Below are positions 8,575 through 18,221 of a DNA stretch of 48,654 nt, one piece after another. The stretch is taken from NCBI GenBank assembly GCA_021108295.1, contig JAIORF010000102.1, positions 176,027 to 224,680 of the forward strand, written 5' to 3'. Every line of letters starts with the position of its first letter. The stretch's first letter is position 1. The translations under genes were made by a program, and so were the position numbers. Source of the stretch: a bacterium (lineage in GTDB: Bacteria > Patescibacteriota > Dojkabacteria > SC72). The notes below the pieces were generated by a model. That model saw only the letters and a list, made by a program, of their open reading frames with translations, was not told the DNA's origin and made no database searches.

Positions 8575-10583
8575 TTAAAAAGTTTCTTAGAGATCTTATT
8601 GAGTTTTGCATTATCTTCTAAAAGAAGTTTTCTTGCAACTTGTCTTGCTTTTGTGAGGAGTTCAATATTCCCAAGGTTTGCGATTTGAAATCTTGGGATC
8701 CCTGATTGTAATACTCCGTATACTTCCCCAGGGCCTCTTTGTTCAAGGTCGTATTGAGCGACGTCAAAGCCGGATTCGTGAGTTGTAAAGTAGTTGAGAC
8801 GTTCTAAGGTTTTTTCTCTTTCTTCTATATTCTCACTTGGGATGATGAAGCAGTACGATTGTAGATCTCCTCTACCTACTCTACCCCGAAGTTGGTGTAG
8901 TTGTGCTAGCCCAAATCTTTCTGCATTTTCGATTACGATGATGGTGGCGTCTGGAATGTCTATTCCAACTTCAATTACTGAAGTGGAGATTAGTATATTA
9001 GATTTCTTCTTTCTGAAGTCTTCAAGTATTTTGTTCTTGTCTTTGTCCTTCATCTTGCCGTGGAGTAATCCTACTTTGAGGTTACTAAAGTAAGAGTTGG
9101 TCAGATTTTCATATTGTGTCTTTACGGATTTGATATTTGTATCGTTGTCTTCGATTAAGGGGTAGATTATGAAGGCTTGTTCTAGGAAGTCGCTTTCGTG
9201 TATCTTTTTATCGATCCATTTGAAGCAGTCAATACGTTTTTTTGTTGGTACATACTTTGTTTCTATATCCAATCTGTTGGTAGGCATTTCTTTAATTGTA
9301 GAGACTTTTGTACTTCCGAAAACTACTTCAGTGAGACTTCGTGGGATTGGGGTTGCAGTCATTGTAAGGTAGTGTGGTGTATTTTCTCCGATATTAAGGA
9401 GTTGTTCTCTTTGTGTTACACCAAATCGATGTTGTTCGTCGATAATTATGAGATTAAGATCTTTTGGTAGATCTTTTTGAAAGAGTATTGCATGTGTTCC
9501 TACAATTAATTTGTTGTCAGCATCTGAGATTGTTTTTTCTGCTGAGATACAGAGTTCAACGTCTACTTTGAAGGGAGTGAGAAGTTGTGTAAGTGTTTCG
9601 AAGTGTTGTTTTGCAAGTACGGTTGTAGGTGCTAGTAGAATACTGGAGAAACCAGATTGAGTAACTTGGAGTATAGTGGAGGCAGCTACAACTGTTTTTC
9701 CACTTCCGACATCTCCGTTGAGTAGACGGTTCATGGGGTTGTTTTGCTCAATATCGTTGAATATTTCAGTGATGCATAGTTGTTGGTCGTTTGTTAGTTT
9801 GTATGGGAGACTTTTTAGAAATTTGTTTTGAAGAGTAGTGTCAATGGTAATGGGGAGGGATGTTTTTTTGGATTGCTCTTCTATTTGTGTCTCAATTTTG
9901 ATTGCAATTCTTAGCATTTCTTCAAAGGCAAGTCTTTCTCTTGCTAATTCTAAGGATTTTGTACTGTCTGGGAAGTGTACTTGGGTCAGGGCTTCTTCTA
10001 TTGGTATGAGTTCTTCTTCTTCAAGAATCTTTTTTGGTATATATTCTTTGATGAGTGTGGGTATGTCATTCTTTATTTGTAGGAGTAGTTTTCTAATTTG
10101 TCTTGAGGTTATTCCTTTTGTCTCGTGGTATGTGCCAAATATTTTTCCTAAAGTAACTTGCATGTTAGGGTCTCCTACATATTTCTCATATTTAGGGTTG
10201 TAGATGTTTTTGCGGTTTCCTTTAATTGTGATTTTACCGTCGAAGATGTACCAATCTCCAGGTTGAAAGGTGTTTGTTAGGTATGGTTGGCTGAAGTATG
10301 TTAGATTTGTTTTACTGTCATTGTCTGCGACTTTAACTGTGGTGAAGCTTTTCCCATACCTTGTAAAGACGTTCTTTACTTCTACAATTTGTGCAAGAAA
10401 GGTCCCAGTTTCGAGTTCTTTGAAAGTTTTGATATCCAGAATGTCTGTAGTGTCGCGATATTTGAAGGGTACAAACCTGATTAGGTCTCCTACGTTTGAA
10501 ATGTGTAGGGATTTGAAGTTGGATTGCATTTTCCCACCTACACCATTAAGTGTGGTTATATTTGATCTTGCTGATAGTCGCAT
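8571..10583 (-). CDS. recG: ATP-dependent DNA helicase RecG
   Basis: RLAFEE, LPYKLTNDQ, RLLNGDVGSGKT, IDEQHRFG, MTATPIPR, STSVIEVGIDIPDA, RFGLAQLHQLRGRVGRG, DLEQRGPGE. Confidence 0.96.
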   Translation of the reverse strand: MRLSARSNITTLNGVGGKMQSNFKSLHISNVGDLIRFVPFKYRDTTDILDIKTFKELETGTFLAQIVEVKNVFTRYGKSFTTVKVADNDSKTNLTYFSQPYLTNTFQPGDWYIFDGKITIKGNRKNIYNPKYEKYVGDPNMQVTLGKIFGTYHETKGITSRQIRKLLLQIKNDIPTLIKEYIPKKILEEEELIPIEEALTQVHFPDSTKSLELARERLAFEEMLRIAIKIETQIEEQSKKTSLPITIDTTLQNKFLKSLPYKLTNDQQLCITEIFNDIEQNNPMNRLLNGDVGSGKTVVAASTILQVTQSGFSSILLAPTTVLAKQHFETLTQLLTPFKVDVELCISAEKTISDADNKLIVGTHAILFQKDLPKDLNLIIIDEQHRFGVTQREQLLNIGENTPHYLTMTATPIPRSLTEVVFGSTKVSTIKEMPTNRLDIETKYVPTKKRIDCFKWIDKKIHESDFLEQAFIIYPLIEDNDTNIKSVKTQYENLTNSYFSNLKVGLLHGKMKDKDKNKILEDFRKKKSNILISTSVIEVGIDIPDATIIVIENAERFGLAQLHQLRGRVGRGDLQSYCFIIPSENIEEREKTLERLNYFTTHESGFDVAQYDLEQRGPGEVYGVLQSGIPRFQIANLGNIELLTKARQVARKLLLEDNAKLNKISKKLFK

Positions 10584-10693
10584 TAGAGATTGCTTAGGTT
10601 AAGAATTATGGGAATTGCCATTCCTCCAATTAGTGCTATTGCAATGAAAATGTTTAAGATTTTTTTAAGAACTTCCTTTGTCTTTTTCTTCAT
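10583..10693 (-). CDS. Unannotated 36-aa single-pass membrane miniprotein (MKKKTKEVLKKILNIFIAIALIGGMAIPIILNLSNL)
   Basis: Translated by hand. Basic N-terminus plus one hydrophobic helix. TAA overlaps the recG ATG (TAATG), and TACAAT lies 9 nt upstream of its ATG. Confidence 0.6.
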   Translation of the reverse strand: MKKKTKEVLKKILNIFIAIALIGGMAIPIILNLSNL

Positions 10694-10721
10694 GATTACT
10701 TTATTGTACAACATCTGAGGG

Positions 10722-12164
10722 CTATTTGATAGCACGGTTAATTTTTATTTTTGCGTTTTCAGAATTAGCACATCGGAGTAATTTAGCATTTGGGTAGAGT
10801 TTACCTTTCTGTGTAATTATTTCTACTACATCTCCTGTTTGTAGTATGTAATCAAGGCTTGAGGCTTTAGAGTTCACTTTTGCTCCAATCATGCTGTTGC
10901 CTACTTCCGTATGTAAGTAGTATGCGAAATCGGTTACAGTATTTCCTTTGTCTAAAAGCTTAATTTCTCCTTTTGGGGTTAATGGGTAGACTTCATCTGG
11001 GAAAATGTTTACAACGATGGGTATGGAGAAGTCTGTAGGAGAGTTTTTCTTGTTGTTTTCGATGTTTGTATGTATTTCTTGTATCCAATCGTATGTGCTA
11101 GATGCTTCTGCATTTCGTTTTCTACTTTCTTTGTATGCAATATGGGATGCGGGACCGAATGTGTTGTATATATACATTTCTTTGGAAAGGATTTGTATCT
11201 CAATGGGTAAATCCCCTACTTCAGGGAAAGAGATGGGGCCTTGCATTGCTTTGTAACCATTGGGCTTTGGGTGGGCGATGTAATCGTCAAATTCGTCTAA
11301 GAGAATATCTCCTTCCTCCCATAGGGTATCGAGTATTTTATAACATGTGTCACTGTCATTGGTGAGAATACGGAAACCGATTAGGTCTCTAATGTGGGCT
11401 ATTGGATTCAGGTGTCCTTCATCTATGTATTTTTTTGATTTAAGGTATGTACTGTATTTGCTCTTTATTCTTGATTGTATTTCTATTTCACCAAGGTATT
11501 CTTTTAGCAATTTCTTAAGGTAGGTGTTGTAGGAATTAAGAAGTTCTTGTGAGATGTTTTCTTTTTCGTAAAGTCGTGTTATGTAATCGTACTCTTCTTT
11601 TTGTGTAATTCTAAAGCATTCTTCTCTAATATCTCTTTCTATATCTCCAAACCCTAAATATTGTGCCAGTTTACTGTAAATATTAAAATTACGAAGAATA
11701 TCATTTTTGTCTTGTTCGTTATCTTCGATTGAGAAGAGAATATGGCTGTTGGATTGTGCACTTGCTATTTGAACGAGTACGGGTCTAAGGTCTTTCACTT
11801 TATTGAGGATGTATCTAGTGACAAAAAGGTATGATGTGTTTGAGCTTCTAACTACACTTTCGATTTCGTTGTAGGTTTGTAAAAGGTGAGAAACCTCTTC
11901 TGAAATGTTTTTGTTAATATATTCGAGATTAGTATTTGTCATTTCAATATGGTGGAGTAAGCCTGTAATCACAGTGGCATAGTCAAAGCCTTGTTCTTGT
12001 AATCGTAGTGCAGTATCTAGGCAGTGATCTAGATATTTGTCTCCAGTAGGTCTTAGAGAGGTTGTGTAGAGTTTTTGTGCAAATTCGAGAGATACATTCA
12101 AGATGTCTTGGAATTCTTTTGGACAGCTGCTTTTTAATTTGTTTATTGTTTTTGTGTTTCCCAT
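10722..12164 (-). CDS. relA: RelA/SpoT homologue: degenerate HD domain, (p)ppGpp synthetase and TGS; no ZFD/ACT
   Basis: RPTGDKYLDH, SRIKSKYS, DLIGFRIL, EFDDYIAHPKPNGY, EIQ, HIAYKE, and TGS TPKG..DFAYYLHTEVG. Confidence 0.88.
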   Translation of the reverse strand: MGNTKTINKLKSSCPKEFQDILNVSLEFAQKLYTTSLRPTGDKYLDHCLDTALRLQEQGFDYATVITGLLHHIEMTNTNLEYINKNISEEVSHLLQTYNEIESVVRSSNTSYLFVTRYILNKVKDLRPVLVQIASAQSNSHILFSIEDNEQDKNDILRNFNIYSKLAQYLGFGDIERDIREECFRITQKEEYDYITRLYEKENISQELLNSYNTYLKKLLKEYLGEIEIQSRIKSKYSTYLKSKKYIDEGHLNPIAHIRDLIGFRILTNDSDTCYKILDTLWEEGDILLDEFDDYIAHPKPNGYKAMQGPISFPEVGDLPIEIQILSKEMYIYNTFGPASHIAYKESRKRNAEASSTYDWIQEIHTNIENNKKNSPTDFSIPIVVNIFPDEVYPLTPKGEIKLLDKGNTVTDFAYYLHTEVGNSMIGAKVNSKASSLDYILQTGDVVEIITQKGKLYPNAKLLRCANSENAKIKINRAIK

Positions 12165-12172
12165 AATGAAAG

Positions 12173-12189
12173 AATCCCCTTAGGGGATT
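12173..12189 (-). terminator. Short hairpin after tyrS, just upstream of the relA start (possible terminator or RBS-occluding stem)
   Basis: AATCCCC-TAA-GGGGATT followed by CTTT on the minus strand. The 3-nt loop and short U tract make it weak. Confidence 0.35.
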
Positions 12190-12209
12190 GAATTTAAAAA
12201 TCTTTTCCC

Positions 12210-13451
12210 CTAGGTTCTCGGTTGATAGTTAACTCTTAAAAGTTTCTTGCCAACCTTGAGATTGATTGGATGAGTGAGGGAAATTCCCATGTTCCAATCT
12301 CCAATTTTTGTGTCGTCTATCTTTACTGCACCTTGTTCTACCAGTCTTCTTGCCTGAGATTTACTTGGAGCCAATTTAAGTTCTACCATTAGGTCTGTGA
12401 TAGGGTATTGCTCATTACTAAGAGAAACCTTTGTAAGCTCCGTATCTGTGGATTTTTTTTGGAAAACAGTTTCAAAATATTCCTGTGCGGAGTTTGCTTC
12501 TTCTTGGCTTTTGAGCTCAGAGGTTAGTCTGAATGCCAACTCTTTTTTGAGGGTCATGGGGTTCTCGTCCGAAGTTAGGCGCTTTTTAATTTCGGACACC
12601 TCGTCCATTGTTGCGCTAGTGAGTAGTTCAAATCCGTCTACAATTTGATTGTCAGTAAATGCCATAACTCTGCCATACATCTCTTGTGCATTATTACTCA
12701 GCTCTATCATATTTCCTTCACTTTTACCCATCTTGTCTCCTTGAGCTGTAGTTAGAAGTTTCCCGGTTACTACAATTTTTTCTTTGTTTAAGTGAGTTTT
12801 TACCATATCTCTGCCACTGAGCATATTAAAGAGTTGGTCGTTCCCGCCTAGTTCAACGTCTATGTCCATCATGACAGAGTCATATCCTTGCATCATTGGG
12901 TAAAGGAATTCGTTTAGGAATATTGGTTTGTTCTCTTCTATTCTCTTTTGAAACATACTTCGCTTTAGTAATTGTTGGACTGTAAACTCTGAAGCTAGTT
13001 TTATGATATCTGCAAAGTTTAGAGGTTCTAACCATGTACTGTTGTACATGACTTGTACAGGATTCCCCTTATTTTTGATGTCGATAATGGAGGAGGCTTG
13101 GTTGGTATATTCTTTCAGGTTGTTGTCAATCTCTTCCTTTGTTAGAATTTTTCTTGCAGAATCTCTAGCATCTGTTTTGTCTGAGGGATCCCCTATTCTA
13201 GCTGTGAAATCTCCGATGAGGAAGATTACATTGTGTCCGAGTTTCCTAAAGTCTTCGAGTTTTCTCATTGTGACAGTATGTCCTACATGGAGTGTAGGTG
13301 CTGTAGGATCAAAGCCTTGGTAGATATTAAGGCGTTCTCCAGAGTAGAGCTTCTTTTCAAGAGCTTCTTTGCTGGGAAGAATTTGCTCGACGGCCTTATT
13401 TAGGATCCTGTCAATTATTTCTTTATCTGTTTTTATTGTGATATTACTCAT
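12210..13451 (-). CDS. tyrS: Tyrosine--tRNA ligase
   Basis: GFDPTAPTLHVGH (HIGH), YPMMQGYD, GGNDQLFN, KMGKS (KMSKS) and C-terminal S4 domain SKSQARRLVEQGAV. Confidence 0.98.
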   Translation of the reverse strand: MSNITIKTDKEIIDRILNKAVEQILPSKEALEKKLYSGERLNIYQGFDPTAPTLHVGHTVTMRKLEDFRKLGHNVIFLIGDFTARIGDPSDKTDARDSARKILTKEEIDNNLKEYTNQASSIIDIKNKGNPVQVMYNSTWLEPLNFADIIKLASEFTVQQLLKRSMFQKRIEENKPIFLNEFLYPMMQGYDSVMMDIDVELGGNDQLFNMLSGRDMVKTHLNKEKIVVTGKLLTTAQGDKMGKSEGNMIELSNNAQEMYGRVMAFTDNQIVDGFELLTSATMDEVSEIKKRLTSDENPMTLKKELAFRLTSELKSQEEANSAQEYFETVFQKKSTDTELTKVSLSNEQYPITDLMVELKLAPSKSQARRLVEQGAVKIDDTKIGDWNMGISLTHPINLKVGKKLLRVNYQPRT

Positions 13452-13475
13452 ACAAGAAAATTATATCATATCCAG

Positions 13476-14681
13476 TTATGATATGTACTTGCGACTTTTT
13501 AGTTTGTCAGGTAAACACTGTTGATCTGATTTCTTGTTTGTTAGGTTGTGATCATATTGGTATCCTTTTCCATATCCAATATCTTTCATTAGTTTTGTAG
13601 GTGCATTGCGTATGTGTAATGGTACTGGAAGGTTGCCATATTGTTCAATGTCTTTCTTTATTTTACCCTCTGCCATATATGCACTATTGTCCTTTGGAGC
13701 TTTTGCTAAGTATATTGCTAGTTGTAGTAGTGCTACACTACATTCTGGCATACCTAATTTCTGACATGTCTCGTACACCGTATTCGCAAGGATTACTGCT
13801 TGAGGGTCTGCGTTTCCAATGTCTTCACTTGCAAATCTGAGTAATCTGCGGGCAACGTAGAGGGGGTCTTCTCCTGCTTGTAGCATTCGTTCTACCCAGT
13901 ATGCTGCTGCATCTGGATTGGAGGATCTCATAGATTTGTGTATTGCAGAGATGATGTTGTAGTGTTCGTCCCCGTTTTTGTCGTAATAGATTGGTTTTTG
14001 AACAGCATTTTCTAATATCTCATTTGTAACTTTGGTTTTCTTCCCCTCTTTTTGTTCAGAAAGGGCTAGTGTTGTAGTCATTTCAAGAATGTTTAATGCC
14101 GACCGTATATCTCCATTGGAGAGACCTGCCATTGTTTCTAATATTTTCTTTGTAATGGTGATTTCAGGATATTCTTCCTTCGCTATTCTTTTGAGTAAGT
14201 TGAATATGTCTTCCTCTGTGTGTTGGTTGAAGACAAAAACTTTTGTTCTTGAGAGTAATGCTGAGATTACGGTAAAGGAAGGGTTCTCGGTTGTGGCTCC
14301 TATCAGTATTATCACGCCCTTTTCTACGTATGGAAGTAGTGCGTCTTGTTGTGCTTTGTTCCATCTATGGATTTCGTCAAGAAAAAGGATTGTCTTTTTG
14401 TTGTATTGTTGATTAGCAAGTGCTTTGGCTACGATCTTTCTTAATTTGTCTTTACCACTGTTTACTGCTTGTAGTTTGTAGAAGTCGTAGTAGAGGTTTT
14501 GAGAGATGATGTAGGCTAGTGTAGTTTTCCCTGTACCAGGTGGTCCCCAGAATATCATGGATGGTATGCGCTCAAGTTCTAAAAATTTGCGAATAGGGCC
14601 TTTTGTTCCTATGAGGTGTTGTTGTCCTACAAAGTTGTCGAAGTCCTTTGGCCTATATTTTGATGCTAATGGTTCATTCAT
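13476..14681 (-). CDS. rarA: Replication-associated recombination protein A (MgsA/RarA)
   Basis: PLASKYRP, WGPPGTGKTT, LDEIHRWNKAQQD, GATTENPSF, ISAIHKSMR, ASEDIGNADP. Confidence 0.93.
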   Translation of the reverse strand: MNEPLASKYRPKDFDNFVGQQHLIGTKGPIRKFLELERIPSMIFWGPPGTGKTTLAYIISQNLYYDFYKLQAVNSGKDKLRKIVAKALANQQYNKKTILFLDEIHRWNKAQQDALLPYVEKGVIILIGATTENPSFTVISALLSRTKVFVFNQHTEEDIFNLLKRIAKEEYPEITITKKILETMAGLSNGDIRSALNILEMTTTLALSEQKEGKKTKVTNEILENAVQKPIYYDKNGDEHYNIISAIHKSMRSSNPDAAAYWVERMLQAGEDPLYVARRLLRFASEDIGNADPQAVILANTVYETCQKLGMPECSVALLQLAIYLAKAPKDNSAYMAEGKIKKDIEQYGNLPVPLHIRNAPTKLMKDIGYGKGYQYDHNLTNKKSDQQCLPDKLKSRKYIS

Positions 14682-14723
14682 ACATCATTATATTACAGTC
14701 TGGTATGGATTTGAAATATATAA

Positions 14724-15188
14724 CTAAAGAGGAGTAACTATTCTTACCTTTTTTCTTCTTTTTAGCTTCTTTAGGAAGTCTGCTTGTTTTTTACTAATGT
14801 TTGTTCCCCAATTAATATATACAACAGTAATATCTTCCAGATTTGCTTTCGTGAAATCTTCTGCATATATTTGAACTCTTTTGGTAAATGGGAAAAGTAG
14901 TGATTTTGACAAGTTTGCAATCATGAGGTGTATGGGTGATATCTCATACCCTACACATTTTACATCTTTGTATTTTCTAGCTACTTCAAACACTACTCTA
15001 CCATCTCCACAACCTAGGTCTGCAAAAATATCTTCTTTCTTTAGTTTCATTCTTCTTGCAGTATCTTTTAGTTTCTTTTTAGGTGTAGGTGTAGTAGAGA
15101 GGAAGAAGCTAAGGAGCATGCTTACGATGTATGAGAAGAGTAAAGCTAGTATTAAAATTGATATTGCTAATGCTAAACCATTTGGCAT
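14724..15188 (-). CDS. Membrane-anchored class I SAM-dependent methyltransferase
   Basis: N-terminal hydrophobic helix followed by ADLGCGDGRV, GYEISP and EDF motifs. Start set at MPNG (15188) to avoid a head-to-head overlap with truB. Confidence 0.75.
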   Translation of the reverse strand: MPNGLALAISILILALLFSYIVSMLLSFFLSTTPTPKKKLKDTARRMKLKKEDIFADLGCGDGRVVFEVARKYKDVKCVGYEISPIHLMIANLSKSLLFPFTKRVQIYAEDFTKANLEDITVVYINWGTNISKKQADFLKKLKRRKKVRIVTPL

Positions 15189-15222
15189 GTGCGATAATTG
15201 TGTATAATTTAGTGACTGATAT

Positions 15223-15903
15223 ATGATAGACGGTATTATACTAATAGACAAGGAGAAAGGAATTACATCTTATGATGTAATTAGAAAGTTGAAGAGAGAT
15301 TTTGAAAAAGGGACTAAAGTTGGGCATGCTGGAACACTAGATCCATTTGCTACAGGACTGCTCATTGTAATGGTGGGAAGGCAGGCGACTAAGCTGATGG
15401 AGAGGTTTCATACTTTAAAAAAGAGGTATGTGGTTGAAGCAGAGTTAGGGTTTAAGACAGATACTCAGGATATTACTGGGGAAGTAGTAAAGGAGAGTGT
15501 TGTGAAGGATACTCCAACAAAAGAAGTTATTGAGGAACTTATTGCCAAGGAATTTGTGGGCAAAATATCACAAACGCCTCCTCACTACTCTGCAAAAAAG
15601 ATTAAAGGTAGAAAATCTTATGAATTAGCTAGAGAGGGGAAGGAGTTTAAACTTTTACCTAAAGAGATTGAAATATTTGAGTGTAAGATACTAGAGTATG
15701 AATATCCGAAATTAGAGTTAGAGGTACTCTGCTCTACTGGTACATATATTCGTACTTTAGTAAATGATATTGGTGAGAGATTAGGTACATATGCCACGGC
15801 TGTGGAGTTAAGAAGGTTAAATATTGGGAAGTTTTCCGTAGAAGATGTAGGAAGTAGTATAATGGGGGTAGATAAAGTAATAGAGATGATAAATAATGGA
15901 TAA
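15223..15903 (+). CDS. truB: tRNA pseudouridine(55) synthase, short form without PUA
   Basis: IDKEKGITSYD, KVGHAGTLDPFATG, QTPPHYSAKK, CSTGTYIRTL. Confidence 0.95.
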   Translation: MIDGIILIDKEKGITSYDVIRKLKRDFEKGTKVGHAGTLDPFATGLLIVMVGRQATKLMERFHTLKKRYVVEAELGFKTDTQDITGEVVKESVVKDTPTKEVIEELIAKEFVGKISQTPPHYSAKKIKGRKSYELAREGKEFKLLPKEIEIFECKILEYEYPKLELEVLCSTGTYIRTLVNDIGERLGTYATAVELRRLNIGKFSVEDVGSSIMGVDKVIEMINNG

Positions 15904-16585
15904 AGGAAGATTGTACGTTGTAGCTACACCTATTGGCAATTTGAAAGATATGACATTTAGGGCTATCGAGATTCTTAAGGAGGTAGCCTTTATACTTGCT
16001 GAAGATACTAGAGAAACAAAGAAGCTACTTAATGAGTACAGTATTCATACTCAACTTGTGTCTTACAGAGATCAAAATCATATATGTATGATAGAAAAAG
16101 TTGTGGAGAAATTGGATATGGGTTTAGATTTAGCCTTAGTATCGGATTGTGGTACTCCATTGATATCTGATCCAGGGTATAAATTGGTGAGAGATTTAAG
16201 ATTGAAGGGGTATGAAGTAGTCTCTATACCTGGCCCAAGTGCACTAACGAGTGCAATGTCGGTGAGTGGATTGCCTACTGATATTTTTACATTCTTAGGG
16301 TTTCTACCAAAATCAGAGGGGAAGAGAAAGAAACTTCTTACGAAGTATTTTGCTTTAGAGAATACATTGGTAATATATGAGTCTCCGAATAGATTGTTTA
16401 AGCTATTAAGACTTTTGCAGGTGATAGATAGTACAAGTTTAGTAACTGCTATCCGGGATATTAGTAAAAAAAGGGAAAGGGCATACTTTGGGAGTGTGTC
16501 AGAAGTAATGTCTTCTTTGAGAGAAGATGGTTTAGAAGAAACTCCACACGGGGAATGGGTAGTAGTTGTTTCGAGGAAGAATTAA
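15896..16585 (+). CDS. rsmI: 16S rRNA (cytidine1402-2'-O)-methyltransferase
   Basis: LYVVATPIGNLKD, AEDTR, LVSDCGTPLISDPG, IPGPSA, YESPNR, PHGEWVVVV. Confidence 0.95.
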   Translation: MDKGRLYVVATPIGNLKDMTFRAIEILKEVAFILAEDTRETKKLLNEYSIHTQLVSYRDQNHICMIEKVVEKLDMGLDLALVSDCGTPLISDPGYKLVRDLRLKGYEVVSIPGPSALTSAMSVSGLPTDIFTFLGFLPKSEGKRKKLLTKYFALENTLVIYESPNRLFKLLRLLQVIDSTSLVTAIRDISKKRERAYFGSVSEVMSSLREDGLEETPHGEWVVVVSRKN

Positions 16586-17463
16586 CCAAAAACTCTCTCG
16601 TAATTCTCATCTGAAATATCTTCGAGCTTTTGAGCTGGCATATTCTTTATCTCTGCAGCGATTTCTATTATCTCCTTAATCTGTGCTGATCTTCCATATC
16701 TAATTAGAGCCTTCTTGTCTTTTCTAATACTTTGTACTGCAAGAAATGGGCCGTCTGTTTCGAAAAGGATTCTATCATTAGGGACTTTCTTTAAGATCTC
16801 TCTTACATTTTCTCCATTAGGATAGGTAATTATTGCATTGAACCCTATACAAAATCCTAAGTCTAAGATGTCGGATACTAGAGAGAGTTCTCCTGTGTAA
16901 CTATGAAAACTTCCGTTTACTAATCCCTTCCCGTTCTTAGCAACAAGTTCTAATACGTCATTTATACAATCTGTCTTATCAGGGAGTTCTCTAGCATGAA
17001 TGCTGAGTGGAAGGTTGTTTTCTTTTGCAAGTTTGATGTGTACTCTGAAGCTTTCCTTTTGCACTTGTTTAAGGGTTTCGATGAGTTCTCCATCGACTTT
17101 AGTATTGTACATCTCAAAGTAGTCTAGCCCTGTTTCTCCTACTGCACTTAATTTGTCTTTTTCTTGTTCAAATATTTCCACAAAACGAGTTAAGAGTTTC
17201 TTACTACCATTGAAGATGTTGTCGCAGTTATCCTTACAGAAGTTCTCCTGGAATATTGTAGGATGTATACCAAGCGCTATATCAACGATATCACCGAATT
17301 TTTGGTTGATCTTGTGGGCGACTTGAAATGTGTCGTTGAAGTCTTCTACGTCAGAGCCTTGAGTGAGAATTTTCTTTCCATTCATATTGATGAAGTCTTG
17401 AGTGTCTCTTTTCCAGTTGTCTCTAAGAGGATTTCGTGCTAGGTGTATGTGAGAATCATGCAT
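16582..17463 (-). CDS. tatD: TatD family metal-dependent hydrolase/DNase
   Basis: HDSHIH, GIHP, AVGETGLDY, PLSIHAR, HSY, FETDGPF. Confidence 0.88.
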   Translation of the reverse strand: MHDSHIHLARNPLRDNWKRDTQDFINMNGKKILTQGSDVEDFNDTFQVAHKINQKFGDIVDIALGIHPTIFQENFCKDNCDNIFNGSKKLLTRFVEIFEQEKDKLSAVGETGLDYFEMYNTKVDGELIETLKQVQKESFRVHIKLAKENNLPLSIHARELPDKTDCINDVLELVAKNGKGLVNGSFHSYTGELSLVSDILDLGFCIGFNAIITYPNGENVREILKKVPNDRILFETDGPFLAVQSIRKDKKALIRYGRSAQIKEIIEIAAEIKNMPAQKLEDISDENYERVFG

Positions 17464-17551
17464 AAAGAGATTGTATCATATTTCAGGAGTTAATTACGCT
17501 ATAGTGTGGAGTATACAACTTTGGACTTGTAATATGGTAGAATAACTCGTT

Positions 17552-18217
17552 ATGAATCGTAAATGGAGTCCTAACTGGTTAGTACTGTTTACCATGTGTT
17601 TACTAATTACTGCATTAACAATGTTTGCAGTGACTGTAAAAGATCAGTTGGGCTTTAAAAAATGTGTATATAGTGATGGGGAGTATGGTGTAGGCCAATC
17701 CATATCAGGTGAACCTAATTGTTATTGTAACGAAAAGGGGGTGGTTGTTTGTGATACAGGAGATGGGGACGAAAATACATTAGAATCTTCTGAGTACACC
17801 AACGAAGGTTTGAGTTTCTCTTCAAAGTTTTTAAATTACTTAGATGTGCAAACTGCTTTTGTCAGTGTAAGATTTAGTGAAGTCAGTAGTACTACTGACG
17901 GTTTAAGAATTGTAGTAGAAAGATTGAGTATGTGTAATGAGGACGAAGGACTTCCTCCTCAAATGGGTTACTATATGTTTTCCAATTCAGAATTGTATTT
18001 AACTACTTCTACTAATCTCTTGGCAGGGAGCTATGGTAAAGAGTGTATGGTTTCCAACATCTATTTGATTGATACGGATGTTGATATATCAAAGATATAC
18101 TACAAAGCTGAAGATATGGAGGTATACAGGGCTGATATTTGTATATTTGATGGTAAGGTTTACAACACAGGAGATGCATTTGTAGGAGAGAATGGCGAAG
18201 TTGTAGTGTGTGAATAG
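17552..18217 (+). CDS. Membrane-anchored Cys-rich surface protein with two VWC-like motifs
   Basis: N-terminal TM; CVYSDGEYGVGQ...CYCNEKGVVVC and CIFDGKVYNTGD; acidic extracellular part. TGGTAGAAT lies 8 nt before the ATG. Confidence 0.6.
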   Translation: MNRKWSPNWLVLFTMCLLITALTMFAVTVKDQLGFKKCVYSDGEYGVGQSISGEPNCYCNEKGVVVCDTGDGDENTLESSEYTNEGLSFSSKFLNYLDVQTAFVSVRFSEVSSTTDGLRIVVERLSMCNEDEGLPPQMGYYMFSNSELYLTTSTNLLAGSYGKECMVSNIYLIDTDVDISKIYYKAEDMEVYRADICIFDGKVYNTGDAFVGENGEVVVCE

Positions 18218-18221
18218 CTGT

